The notes below the pieces were generated by a model. It was not told the DNA's origin and ran no database searches. It saw nothing but the letters and a program-made list of their open reading frames with translations. 64,000 nt of DNA, from NCBI RefSeq assembly GCF_009914755.1, contig NC_060939.1. One strand, 5' to 3'. Position numbers and translations under genes: made by a program. Shown here in pieces: positions 43,201-57,783 of this stretch (position 1 is the first letter of the stretch; every line of letters begins with the position of its first letter). This stretch comes from the human T2T-CHM13v2.0 reference genome, Homo sapiens.

Positions 43201-45140
43201 CATTCGATTCCATTCCATACTATTGCATTCCATTCGATTACATTATATTCGAATAAGTTCCATTCAAGACCATTTCTTTTGAGTCCATTCTATTTGAGTC
43301 CATTCCCTTTGATTCCATAACATTTGAGTCCATTCAATTCCATTCCTTTCGTTTCCATTCCATTTGATGCCATTCCATTCAATTCTGTTCTACTCGACTC
43401 CAATACATTCAATTCCATTCCATCCGATTCCATTACATTCTTTTCATTTCTTATCCATTTCAAGCCATTCCACTCCATTCCATTCCACTCGTTTCCTTTC
43501 CATTCGAGTCCATTCCTCTCCAGTCCATTCCGTTCAATCCATTCCATTCCAGTCCATTCCATTCGAGTCCGTTCCATTCCAGTCCATTCCATTCGAGTCA
43601 ATTCCATTCCATTCGATGTCTTTCCATAACGATCCATTCCATTCTATTCCTTTCGATTCCATTCCATTCTATTTCATTCCATTCGATTCCCTTCCATTGG
43701 ACTCCTTTCCATTCAAGTGCATTCCATTCCGTTCCATTTCTTTCCGTTCTGTACGATTCCTACCGTTCGATTTCATTTTGTTCCAGTCCATTCTTTCGCG
43801 TCCATTCATTCCATTTCACTCCATTCGATTCCATTCCACTCGATTCCACTTCGTTCCATTTCATTGCATTCCATTCTATTCAACTCTATTGCCTTCCATT
43901 CCATTCCATTCGATTACATTCCATGCGATTCCATTCAAAATCGAATCAATTACATTGCAATCCATTACTATTGAGTCCGTTTTATTCCAGTCCACTGCAT
44001 TCTGGTCCATTCCATTTGATTCCATTCCATTCTATTCCATTCCATACAGTTGCATTCCATTGGATTCCATGCTATATCTATAAATTCAATTCGAGACCAT
44101 TGTTTTTGAGTCCATTCTATATGATTCCATTCCATTCAAGTCCATTACATTTGGTTAAATTCCATTCCATTCGGTTCAATTCCATTCCATTCCATTCCCT
44201 TCCATTCCATTCCAGTTGATATCAATCCATTCGATTCCATTCCATTCGAGCACATTCCATTCGAGTCCATTCCATTCGATGCCATTCCATTTGATTCTAT
44301 TCCATTAGTCTCCATTCAATTCCATTAATCTCCATTCCATTCCATTCTACTCCAACTGATTCCATTCCATTCTATTCCTTTCCATTCCATTCCATTCCAT
44401 TCCATTCCATTCCATTCCATTCCATTCCATTCCATTCCATTCGTGTCCATTCCACTCCAGTCCATTCCATTCGTATCCATTCCATTCCAGTCCATTCCAT
44501 TTGTGTCCACTGCATTCCATTCCACTCCATTCCATATTATTCCATTACACTCCATTCCATTCTATTACTTTCATTTCCATTCAATTCCATTCCATTTGAT
44601 TCCATTCCACTCGGTTTCATTCCATTTGAGTCCACTCCATTCCATTCCATTCCATTCAGTTCCATTCCATTCTGTTCCATTCCATTCCGTTCCATTACAT
44701 TCCATTCCATTCGGTACCATTCCATATTGTTCCATTCGATTCCATTCGAATCCATTCCATTCCAGTCCATTCCATTCGATTCCATTCCATTCATTTCAAT
44801 TCCATTCCATTCCATTCCATTACATTCCACTTGATTCCTCTCCATTCCCTTCCACTGCATTCCGTTCGATTCCATTCCATTGCATTGCATTCCATTCCAT
44901 TGGATTGCATTCCATTCGATTCCATTCCATTCGAATCAATTACATAGCAATCCATTACATTCGAGTCTATTCTCTTCCGTTCCATTCGATTTCGTTCCAA
45001 TCCATTCGATTCCATTCCATTCGATTCCATTCCATACTATTGCATTCCATTCGATTACATTATATTCGAATAAGTTCCATTCAAGACCATTTCTTTTGAG
45101 TCCATTCTATTTGGGTCCATTCCCTTTGATTCCATAACAT

Positions 45141-46919
45141 TTGAGTCCATTCAATTCCATTCCTTTCGTTTCCATTCCATTTGATGCCATTCCATTCAAT
45201 TCTGTTCTACTCGACTCCAATACATTCAATTCCATTCCATCCGATTCCATTACATTCTTTTCATTTCTTATCCATTTCAAGCCATTCCACTCCATTCCAT
45301 TCCACTCGTTTCCTTTCCATTCGAGTCCATTCCTCTCCAGTCCATTCCGTTCAATCCATTCCATTCCAGTCCATTCCATTCGAGTCCGTTCCATTCCAGT
45401 CCATTCCATTCGAGTCAATTCCATTCCATTCGATGTCTTTCCATAACGATCCATTCCATTCTATTCCTTTCGATTCCATTCCATTCTATTTCATTCCATT
45501 CGATTCCCTTCCATTGGACTCCTTTCCATTCGAGTGCATTCCATTCCGTTCCATTTCTTTCCGTTCTGTACGATTCCTACCGTTCGATTTCATTTTGTTC
45601 CAGTCCATTCCTTTCGCGTCCATTCCATTCCATTTCACTCCATTCGATTCCATTCCACTCGATTCCACTTCGTTCCATTTCATTGCATTCCATTCTATTC
45701 AACTCTATTGCCTTCCATTCCATTCCATTCGATTACATTCCATGCGATTCCATTCGAAATCGAATCAATTACATTGCAAACCATTACTATTGAGTCCGTT
45801 TTATTCCAGTCCACTGCATTCTGGTCCATTCCATTTGATTCCATTCCATTCTATTCCATTCCATACAGTTGCATTCCATTGGATTCCATGCTATATCTAT
45901 AAATTCAATTCGAGACCATTGCTTTTGAGTCCATTCTATATGATTCCATTCCATTCAAGTCCATTACATTTGGTTCAATTCCATTCCATTCCATTCCCTT
46001 TCATTCCATTCCATTTGATATCAATCCATTCGATTCCATTCCATTCGAGCACATTCCATTCGAGTCCATTCCATTCGATGCCATTCCATTTGATTCTATT
46101 CCATTAGTCTCCATTCAATTCCATTAATCTCCATTCCATTCCATTCTACTCCTACTGATTCAATTCCATTCTATTCCTTTCCATTCCATTTCATTCCATT
46201 CCATTCCATTTCATTCCATTCCATTCCATTCGTGTCCATTCCACTCCAGTCCATTCCATTCGTGTCCATTCCATTCCAGTCCATTCCATTTGTGTCCACT
46301 GCATTCCATTCCACTCCATTCCATATTATTCCATTACACTCCATTCCATTCTATTACTTTCATTTCCATTCAATTCCATTCCATTTGATTCCATTCCACT
46401 CGGTTTCATTCCATTTGAGTCCACTCCATTCCATTCCATTAAATTCCATTCAGTTCCATTCCATTCCGTTCCATAACATTCCATTCCATTCGGTACCATT
46501 ACATATTGTTCCATTCGATTCCATTCGAATCCATTCCATTCCAGTCCATTCCATTCGATTCCATTCCATTCATTTCAATTCCATTCCATTCCATTCCATT
46601 CCATTCCACTTGATTCCTCTCCATTCCCTTCCACTGCATTCCGTTCGATTCCATTCCATTGCATTGCATTCCATTCCATTGGATTGCATTCCATTCGATT
46701 CCATTCCATTCGAATCAATTACATAGCAATCCATTACATTCGAGTCTATTCTATTCCGTTCCATTCGATTTCGTTCCAATCCATTCGATTCCATTCCATT
46801 CGATTCCATTCCATACTATTGCATTCCATTCGATTACATTATATTCGAATAAGTTCCATTCAAGACCATTTCTTTTGAGTCCATTCTATTTGAGTCCATT
46901 CCCTTTGATTCCATAACAT
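45141..46919 (+). repeat. Variant (B'-subtype) unit U26, 1779 bp
   Basis: B diagnostics (+1 C, GCAAACC, 20- and 10-bp shorter) plus private CCTACTGATTCAATT, ATTAAATTCC, CCATAACATT and GGTACCATTACATA. Confidence 0.92.
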
Positions 46920-49900
46920 TTGAGTCCATTCAATTCCATTCCTTTCGTTTCCATTCCATTTGATGCCATTCCATTCAATTCTGTTCTACTCGACTCCAAT
47001 ACATTCAATTCCATTCCATCCGATTCCATTACATTCTTTTCATTTCTTATCCATTTCAAGCCATTCCACTCCATTCCATTCCACTCGTTTCCTTTCCATT
47101 CGAGTCCATTCCTCTCCAGTCCATTCCGTTCAATCCATTCCATTCCAGTCCATTCCATTCGAGTCCGTTCCATTCCAGTCCATTCCATTCGAGTCAATTC
47201 CATCCCATTCGATGTCTTTCCATAACGATCCATTCCACTCTATTCCTTTCGATTCCATTCCATTCTATTTCATTCCATTCGATTCCCTTCCATTGGACTC
47301 CTTTCCATTCGAGTGCATTCCATTCCGTTCCATTTCTTTCCGTTCTGTACGATTCCTACCGTTCGATTTCATTTTCTTCCAGTCCATTCTTTCGCGTCCA
47401 TGCCATTCCATTTCACTCCATTCGATTCCATTCCACTCGATTCCACTCCGTTCCATTTCATTGCATTCCATTCTATTCAACTCTATTGCCTTCCATTCCA
47501 TTCCATTCGATTACATTCCATGCGATTCCATTCGAAATCGAATCAATTACATTGCAATCCATTACTATTGAGTCCGTTTTATTCCAGTCCACTGCATTCT
47601 GGTCCATTCCATTTGATTCCATTCCATTCTATTCCATTCCATACAGTTGCATTCCATTGGATTCCATGCTATATCTATAAATTCAATTCGAGACCATTGC
47701 TTTTGAGTCCATTCTATATGATTCCATTCCATTCAAGTCCATTACATTTGGTTAAATTCCATTCCATTCGGTTCAATTCCATTCCATTCCATTCCCTTCC
47801 ATTCCATTCCAGTTGATATCAATCCATTCGATTCCATTCCATTCGAGCACATTCCATTCGAATCCATTCCATTCGATGCCATTCCATTTGATTCTATTCC
47901 ATTAGTCTCCATTCAATTCCATTAATCTCCATTCCATTCCATTCTACTCCAACTGATTCCATTCCATTCTATTCCTTTCCATTCCATTTCATTCCATTCC
48001 ATTCCATTCCATTCCATTCCATTCCATTCCATTCGTGTCCATTCCACTCCAGTCCATTCCATTCGTATCCATTCCATTCCAGTCCATTCCATTTGTGTCC
48101 ACTGCATTCCATTCCACTCCATTCCATATTATTCCATTACACTCCATTCCATTCTATTACTTTCATTTCCATTCAATTCCATTCCATTTGATTCCATTCC
48201 ACTCGGTTTCATTCCATTTGAGTCCACTCCATTCCATTCCATTCCATTCAGTTCCATTCCATTCTGTTCCATTCCATTCCGTTCCATTACATTCCATTCC
48301 ATTCGGTACCATTCCATATTGTTCCATTCGATTCCATTCGAATCCATTCCATTCCAGTCCATTCCATTCGATTCCATTCCATTCATTTCAATTCCATTCC
48401 ATTCCATTCCATTACATTCCACTTGATTCCTCTCCATTCCCTTCCACTGCATTCCGTTCGATTCCATTCCATTGCATTGCATTCCATTCCATTGGATTGC
48501 ATTCCATTCGATTCCATTCCATTCGAATCAATTACATAGCAATCCATTACATTCGAGTCTATTCTCTTCCGTTCCATTCGATTTCGTTCCAATCCATTCG
48601 ATTCCATTCCATTCGATTCCATTCCATACTATTGCATTCCATTCGATTACATTATATTCGAATAAGTTCCATTCAAGACCATTTCTTTTGAGTCCATTCT
48701 ATTTGAGTCCATTCCCTTTGATTCCATAACATTTGAGTCCATTCAATTCCATTCCTTTCGTTTCCATTCCATTTGATGCCATTCCATTCAATTCTGTTCT
48801 ACTCGACTCCAATACATTCAATTCCATTCCATCCGATTCCATTACATTCTTTTCATTTCTTACCCATTTCAAGCCATTCCACTCCATTCCATTCCACTCG
48901 TTTCCTTTCCATTCGAGTCCATTCCTCTCCAGTCCATTCCGTTCAATCCATTCCATTCCAGTCCATTCCATTCGAGTCCGTTCCATTCCAGTCCATTCCA
49001 TTCGAGTCAATTCCATTCCATTCGATGTCTTTCCATAAGGATCCATTCCATTCTATTCCTTTCGATTCCATTCCATTCTATTTCATTCCATTCGATTCCC
49101 TTCCATTGGACTCCTTTCCATTCGAGTGCATTCCATTCCGTTCCATTTCTTTCCGTTCTGTACGATTCCTACCGTTCGATTTCATTTTGTTCCAGTCCAT
49201 TCTTTCGCGTCCATTCATTCCATTTCACTCCATTCGATTCCATTCCACTCGATTCCACTTCGTTCCATTTCATTGCATTCCATTCTATTCAACTCTATTG
49301 CCTTGCATTCCATTCCATTCGATTACATTCCATGCGATTCCATTCGAAATCGAATCAATTACGTTGCAATCCATTACTATTGAGTCCGTTTTATTCCAGT
49401 CCACTGCATTCTGGTCCATTCCATTTGATTCCATTCCATTCTATTCCATTCCATACAGTTGCATTCCATTGGATTCCATGCTATATCTATAAATTCAATT
49501 CGAGACCATTGCTTTTGAGTCCATTCTATATGATTCCATTCCATTCAAGTCCATTACATTTGGTTAAATTCCATTCCATTCGGTTCAATTCCATTCCATT
49601 CCATTCCCTTCCATTCCATTCCAGTTGATATCAATCCATTCGATTCCATTCCATTCGAGCACATTCCATTCGAGTCCATTCCATTCGATGCCATTCCATT
49701 TGATTCTATTCCATTAGTCTCCATTCAATTCCATTAATCTCCATTCCATTCCATTCTACTCCAACTGATTCCATTCCATTCTATTCCTTTCCATTCCATT
49801 TCATTCCATTCCATTCCATTCCATTCCATTCCATTCCATTCCATTCGTGTCCATTCCACTCCAGTCCATTCCATTCGTATCCATTCCATTCCAGTCCATT

Positions 49901-52900
49901 CCATTTGTGTCCACTGCATTCCATTCCACTCCATTCCATATTATTCCATTACACTCCATTCCATTCTATTACTTTCATTTCCATTCAATTCCATTCCATT
50001 TGATTCCATTCCACTCGGTTTCATTCCATTTGAGTCCACTCCATTCCATTCCATTCCATTCAGTTCCATTCCATTCTGTTCCATTCCATTCCGTTCCATT
50101 ACATTCCATTCCATTCGGTACCATTCCATATTGTTCCATTCGATTCCATTCGAATCCATTCCATTCCAGTCCATTCCATTCGATTCCATTCCATTCATTT
50201 CAATTCCATTCCATTCCATTCCATTACATTCCACTTGATTCCTCTCCATTCCCTTCCACTGCATTCCGTTCGATTCCATTCCATTGCATTGCATTCCATT
50301 CCATTGGATTGCATTCCATTCGATTCCATTCCATTCGAATCAATTACATAGCAATCCATTACATTCGAGTCTATTCTCTTCCGTTCCATTCGATTTCGTT
50401 CCAATCCATTCGATTCCATTCCATTCGATTCCATTCCATACTATTGCATTCCATTCGATTACATTATATTCGAATAAGTTCCATTCAAGACCATTTCTTT
50501 TGAGTCCATTCTATTTGAGTCCATTCCCTTTGATTCCATAACATTTGAGTCCATTCAATTCCATTCCTTTCGTTTCCATTCCATTTGATGCCATTCCATT
50601 CAATTCTGTTCTACTCGACTCCAATACATTCAATTCCATTCCATCCGATTCCATTACATTCTTTTCATTTCTTATCCATTTCAAGCCATTCCACTCCATT
50701 CCATTCCACTCGTTTCCTTTCCATTCGAGTCCATTCCTCTCCAGTCCATTCCGTTCAATCCATTCCATTCCAGTCCATTCCATTCGAGTCCGTTCCATTC
50801 CAGTCCATTCCATTCGAGTCAATTCCATTCCATTCGATGTCTTTCCATAACGATCCATTCCATTCTATTCCTTTCGATTCCATTCCATTCTATTTCATTC
50901 CATTCGATTCCCTTCCATTGGACTCCTTTCCATTCGAGTGCATTCCATTCCGTTCCATTTCTTTCCGTTCTGTACGATTCCTACCGTTCGATTTCATTTT
51001 CTTCCAGTCCATTCTTTCGCGTCCATTCATTCCATTTCACTCCATTCGATTCCATTCCACTCGATTCCACTTCGATCCATTTCATTGCATTCCATTCTAT
51101 TCAACTCTATTGCCTTCCATTCCATTCCATTCGATTACATTCCATGCGATTCCATTCAAAATCGAATCAATTACATTGCAATCCATTACTATTGAGTCCG
51201 TTTTATTCCAGTCCACTGCATTCTGGTCCATTCCATTTGATTCCATTCCATTCTATTCCATTCCATACAGTTGCATTCCATTGGATTCCATGCTATATCT
51301 ATAAATTCAATTCGAGACCATTGCTTTTGAGTCCATTCTATATGATTCCATTCCATTCAAGTCCATTACATTTGGTTAAATTCCATTCCATTCGGTTCAA
51401 TTCCATTCCATTCCATTCCCTTCCATTCCATTCCAGTTGATATCAATCCATTCGATTCCATTCCATTCGAGCACATTCCATTCGAGTCCATTCCATTCGA
51501 TGCCATTCCATTTGATTCTATTCCATTAGTCTCCATTCAATTCCATTAATCTCCATTCCATTCCATTCTACTCCAACTGATTCCATTCCATTCTATTCCT
51601 TTCCATTCCATTTCATTCCATTCCATTCCATTCCATTCCATTCCATTCGTGTCCATTCCACTCCAGTCCATTCCATTCGTATCCATTCCATTCCAGTCCA
51701 TTCCATTTGTGTCCACTGCATTCCATTCCACTCCATTCCATATTATTCCATTACACTCCATTCCATTCTATTACTTTCATTTCCATTCAATTCCATTCCA
51801 TTTGATTCCATTCCACTCGGTTTCATTCCATTTGAGTCCACTCCATTCCATTCCATTCCATTCAGTTCCATTCCATTCTGTTCCATTCCATTCCGTTCCA
51901 TTACATTCCATTCCATTCGGTACCATTCCATATTGTTCCATTCGATTCCATTCGAATCCATTCCATTCCAGTCCATTCCATTCGATTCCATTCCATTCAT
52001 TTCAATTCCATTCCATTCCATTCCATTACATTCCACTTGATTCCTCTCCATTCCCTTCCACTGCATTCCGTTCGATTCCATTCCATTGCATTGCATTCCA
52101 TTCCATTGGATTGCATTCCATTCGATTCCATTCCATTCGAATCAATTACATAGCAATCCATTACATTCGAGTCTATTCTCTTCCGTTCCATTCGATTTCG
52201 TTCCAATCCATTCGATTCCATTCCATTCGATTCCATTCCATACTATTGCATTCCATTCGATTACATTATATTCGAATAAGTTCCATTCAAGACCATTTCT
52301 TTTGAGTCCATTCTATTTGAGTCCATTCCCTTTGATTCCATAACATTTGAGTCCATTCAATTCCATTCCTTTCGTTTCCATTCCATTTGATGCCATTCCA
52401 TTCAATTCTGTTCTACTCGACTCCAATACATTCAATTCCATTCCATCCGATTCCATTACATTCTTTTCATTTCTTATCCATTTCAAGCCATTCCACTCCA
52501 TTCCATTCCACTCGTTTCCTTTCCATTCGAGTCCATTCCTCTCCAGTCCATTCCGTTCAATCCATTCCATTCCAGTCCATTCCATTCGAGTCCGTTCCAT
52601 TCCAGTCCATTCCATTCGAGTCAATTCCATTCCATTCGATGTCTTTCCATAACGATCCATTCCATTCTATTCCTTTCGATTCCATTCCATTCTATTTCAT
52701 TCCATTCGATTCCCTTCCATTGGACTCCTTTCCATTCGAGTGCATTCCATTCCGTTCCATTTCTTTCCGTTCTGTACGATTCCTACCGTTCGATTTCATT
52801 TTCTTCCAGTCCATTCTTTCGCGTCCATTCCATTCCATTTCACTCCATTCGATTCCATTCCACTCGATTCCACTTCGTTCCATTTCATTGCATTCCATTC

Positions 52901-55900
52901 TATTCAACTCTATTGCCTTCCATTCCATTCCATTCGATTACATTCCATGCGATTCCATTCGAAATCGAATCAATTACATTGCAATCCATTACTATTGAGT
53001 CCGTTTTATTCCAGTCCACTGCATTCTGGTCCATTCCATTTGATTCCATTCCATTCTATTCCATTCCATACAGTTGCATTCCATTGGATTCCATGCTATA
53101 TCTATAAATTCAATTCGAGACCATTGCTTTTGAGTCCATTCTATATGATTCCATTCCATTCAAGTCCATTACATTTGGTTAAATTCCATTCCATTCGGTT
53201 CAATTCCATTCCATTCCATTCCCTTCCATTCCATTCCAGTTGATATCAATCCATTCGATTCCATTCCATTCGAGCACATTCCATTCGAGTCCATTCCATT
53301 CGATGCCATTCCATTTGATTCTATTCCATTAGTCTCCATTCAATTCCATTAATCTCCATTCCATTCCATTCTACTCCAACTGATTCCATTCCATTCTATT
53401 CCTTTCCATTCCATTTCATTCCATTCCATTCCATTCCATTCCATTCCATTCCATTCCATTCGTGTCCATTCCACTCCAGTCCATTCCATTCGTATCCATT
53501 CCATTCCAGTCCATTCCATTTGTGTCCACTGCATTCCATTCCACTCCATTCCATATTATTCCATTACACTCCATTCCATTCTATTACTTTCATTTCCATT
53601 CAATTCCATTCCATTTGATTCCATTCCACTCGGTTTCATTCCATTTGAGTCCACTCCATTCCATTCCATTCCATTCAGTTCCATTCCATTCTGTTCCATT
53701 CCATTCCGTTCCATTACATTCCATTCCATTCGGTACCATTCCATATTGTTCCATTCGATTCCATTCGAATCCATTCCATTCCAGTCCATTCCATTCGATT
53801 CCATTCCATTCATTTCAATTCCATTCCATTCCATTCCATTACATTCCACTTGATTCCTCTCCATTCCCTTCCACTGCATTCCGTTCGATTCCATTCCATT
53901 GCATTGCATTCCATTCCATTGGATTGCATTCCATTCGATTCCATTCCATTCGAATCAATTACATAGCAATCCATTACATTCGAGTCTATTCTCTTCCGTT
54001 CCATTCGATTTCGTTCCAATCCATTCGATTCCATTCCATTCGATTCCATTCCATACTATTGCATTCCATTCGATTACATTATATTCGAATAAGTTCCATT
54101 CAAGACCATTTCTTTTGAGTCCATTCTATTTGAGTCCATTCCCTTTGATTCCATAACATTTGAGTCCATTCAATTCCATTCCTTTCGTTTCCATTCCATT
54201 TGATGCCATTCCATTCAATTCTGTTCTACTCGACTCCAATACATTCAATTCCATTCCATCCGATTCCATTACATTCTTTTCATTTCTTACCCATTTCAAG
54301 CCATTCCACTCCATTCCATTCCACTCGTTTCCTTTCCATTCGAGTCCATTCCTCTCCAGTCCATTCCGTTCAATCCATTCCATTCCAGTCCATTCCATTC
54401 GAGTCCGTTCCATTCCAGTCCATTCCATTCGAGTCAATTCCATTCCATTCGATGTCTTTCCATAAGGATCCATTCCATTCTATTCCTTTCGATTCCATTC
54501 CATTCTATTTCATTCCATTCGATTCCCTTCCATTGGACTCCTTTCCATTCGAGTGCATTCCATTCCGTTCCATTTCTTTCCGTTCTGTACGATTCCTACC
54601 GTTCGATTTCATTTTGTTCCAGTCCATTCTTTCGCGTCCATTCATTCCATTTCACTCCATTCGATTCCATTCCACTCGATTCCACTTCGTTCCATTTCAT
54701 TGCATTCCATTCTATTCAACTCTATTGCCTTCCATTCCATTCCATTCGATTACATTCCATGCGATTCCATTCAAAATCGAATCAATTACATTGCAATCCA
54801 TTACTATTGAGTCCGTTTTATTCCAGTCCACTGCATTCTGGTCCATTCCATTTGATTCCATTCCATTCTATTCCATTCCATACAGTTGCATTCCATTGGA
54901 TTCCATGCTATATCTATAAATTCAATTCGAGACCATTGCTTTTGAGTCCATTCTATATGATTCCATTCCATTCAAGTCCATTACATTTGGTTAAATTCCA
55001 TTCCATTCGGTTCAATTCCATTCCATTCCATTCCCTTCCATTCCATTCCAGTTGATATCAATCCATTCGATTCCATTCCATTCGAGCACATTCCATTCGA
55101 GTCCATTCCATTCGATGCCATTCCATTTGATTCTATTCCATTAGTCTCCATTCAATTCCATTAATCTCCATTCCATTCCATTCTACTCCAACTGATTCCA
55201 TTCCATTCTATTCCTTTCCATTCCATTTCATTCCATTCCATTCCATTCCATTCCATTCCATTCCATTCCATTCGTGTCCATTCCACTCCAGTCCATTCCA
55301 TTCGTATCCATTCCATTCCAGTCCATTCCATTTGTGTCCACTGCATTCCATTCCACTCCATTCCATATTATTCCATTACACTCCATTCCATTCTATTACT
55401 TTCATTTCCATTCAATTCCATTCCATTTGATTCCATTCCACTCGGTTTCATTCCATTTGAGTCCACTCCATTCCATTCCATTCCATTCAGTTCCATTCCA
55501 TTCTGTTCCATTCCATTCCGTTCCATTACATTCCATTCCATTCGGTACCATTCCATATTGTTCCATTCGATTCCATTCGAATCCATTCCATTCCAGTCCA
55601 TTCCATTCGATTCCATTCCATTCATTTCAATTCCATTCCATTCCATTCCATTACATTCCACTTGATTCCTCTCCATTCCCTTCCACTGCATTCCGTTCGA
55701 TTCCATTCCATTGCATTGCATTCCATTCCATTGGATTGCATTCCATTCGATTCCATTCCATTCGAATCAATTACATAGCAATCCATTACATTCGAGTCTA
55801 TTCTCTTCCGTTCCATTCGATTTCGTTCCAATCCATTCGATTCCATTCCATTCGATTCCATTCCATACTATTGCATTCCATTCGATTACATTATATTCGA

Positions 55901-57783
55901 ATAAGTTCCATTCAAGACCATTTCTTTTGAGTCCATTCTATTTGAGTCCATTCCCTTTGATTCCATAACATTTGAGTCCATTCAATTCCATTCCTTTCGT
56001 TTCCATTCCATTTGATGCCATTCCATTCAATTCTGTTCTACTCGACTCCAATACATTCAATTCCATTCCATCCGATTCCATTACATTCTTTTCATTTCTT
56101 ATCCATTTCAAGCCATTCCACTCCATTCCATTCCACTCGTTTCCTTTCCATTCGAGTCCATTCCTCTCCAGTCCATTCCGTTCAATCCATTCCATTCCAG
56201 TCCATTCCATTCGAGTCCGTTCCATTCCAGTCCATTCCATTCGAGTCAATTCCATTCCATTCGATGTCTTTCCATAACGATCCATTCCATTCTATTCCTT
56301 TCGATTCCATTCCATTCTATTTCATTCCATTCGATTCCCTTCCATTGGACTCCTTTCCATTCAAGTGCATTCCATTCCGTTCCATTTCTTTCCGTTCTGT
56401 ACGATTCCTACCGTTCGATTTCATTTTGTTCCAGTCCATTCTTTCGCGTCCATTCATTCCATTTCACTCCATTCGATTCCATTCCACTCGATTCCACTTC
56501 GTTCCATTTCATTGCATTCCATTCTATTCAACTCTATTGCCTTCCATTCCATTCCATTCGATTACATTCCATGCGATTCCATTCAAAATCGAATCAATTA
56601 CATTGCAATCCATTACTATTGAGTCCGTTTTATTCCAGTCCACTGCATTCTGGTCCATTCCATTTGATTCCATTCCATTCTATTCCATTCCATACAGTTG
56701 CATTCCATTGGATTCCATGCTATATCTATAAATTCAATTCGAGACCATTGTTTTTGAGTCCATTCTATATGATTCCATTCCATTCAAGTCCATTACATTT
56801 GGTTAAATTCCATTCCATTCGGTTCAATTCCATTCCATTCCATTCCCTTCCATTCCATTCCAGTTGATATCAATCCATTCGATTCCATTCCATTCGAGCA
56901 CATTCCATTCGAGTCCATTCCATTCGATGCCATTCCATTTGATTCTATTCCATTAGTCTCCATTCAATTCCATTAATCTCCATTCCATTCCATTCTACTC
57001 CAACTGATTCCATTCCATTCTATTCCTTTCCATTCCATTCCATTCCATTCCATTCCATTCCATTCCATTCCATTCCATTCCATTCGTGTCCATTCCACTC
57101 CAGTCCATTCCATTCGTATCCATTCCATTCCAGTCCATTCCATTTGTGTCCACTGCATTCCATTCCACTCCATTCCATATTATTCCATTACACTCCATTC
57201 CATTCTATTACTTTCATTTCCATTCAATTCCATTCCATTTGATTCCATTCCACTCGGTTTCATTCCATTTGAGTCCACTCCATTCCATTCCATTCCATTC
57301 AGTTCCATTCCATTCTGTTCCATTCCATTCCGTTCCATTACATTCCATTCCATTCGGTACCATTCCATATTGTTCCATTCGATTCCATTCGAATCCATTC
57401 CATTCCAGTCCATTCCATTCGATTCCATTCCATTCATTTCAATTCCATTCCATTCCATTCCATTACATTCCACTTGATTCCTCTCCATTCCCTTCCACTG
57501 CATTCCGTTCGATTCCATTCCATTGCATTGCATTCCATTCCATTGGATTGCATTCCATTCGATTCCATTCCATTCGAATCAATTACATAGCAATCCATTA
57601 CATTCGAGTCTATTCTCTTCCGTTCCATTCGATTTCGTTCCAATCCATTCGATTCCATTCCATTCGATTCCATTCCATACTATTGCATTCCATTCGATTA
57701 CATTATATTCGAATAAGTTCCATTCAAGACCATTTCTTTTGAGTCCATTCTATTTGGGTCCATTCCCTTTGATTCCATAACAT

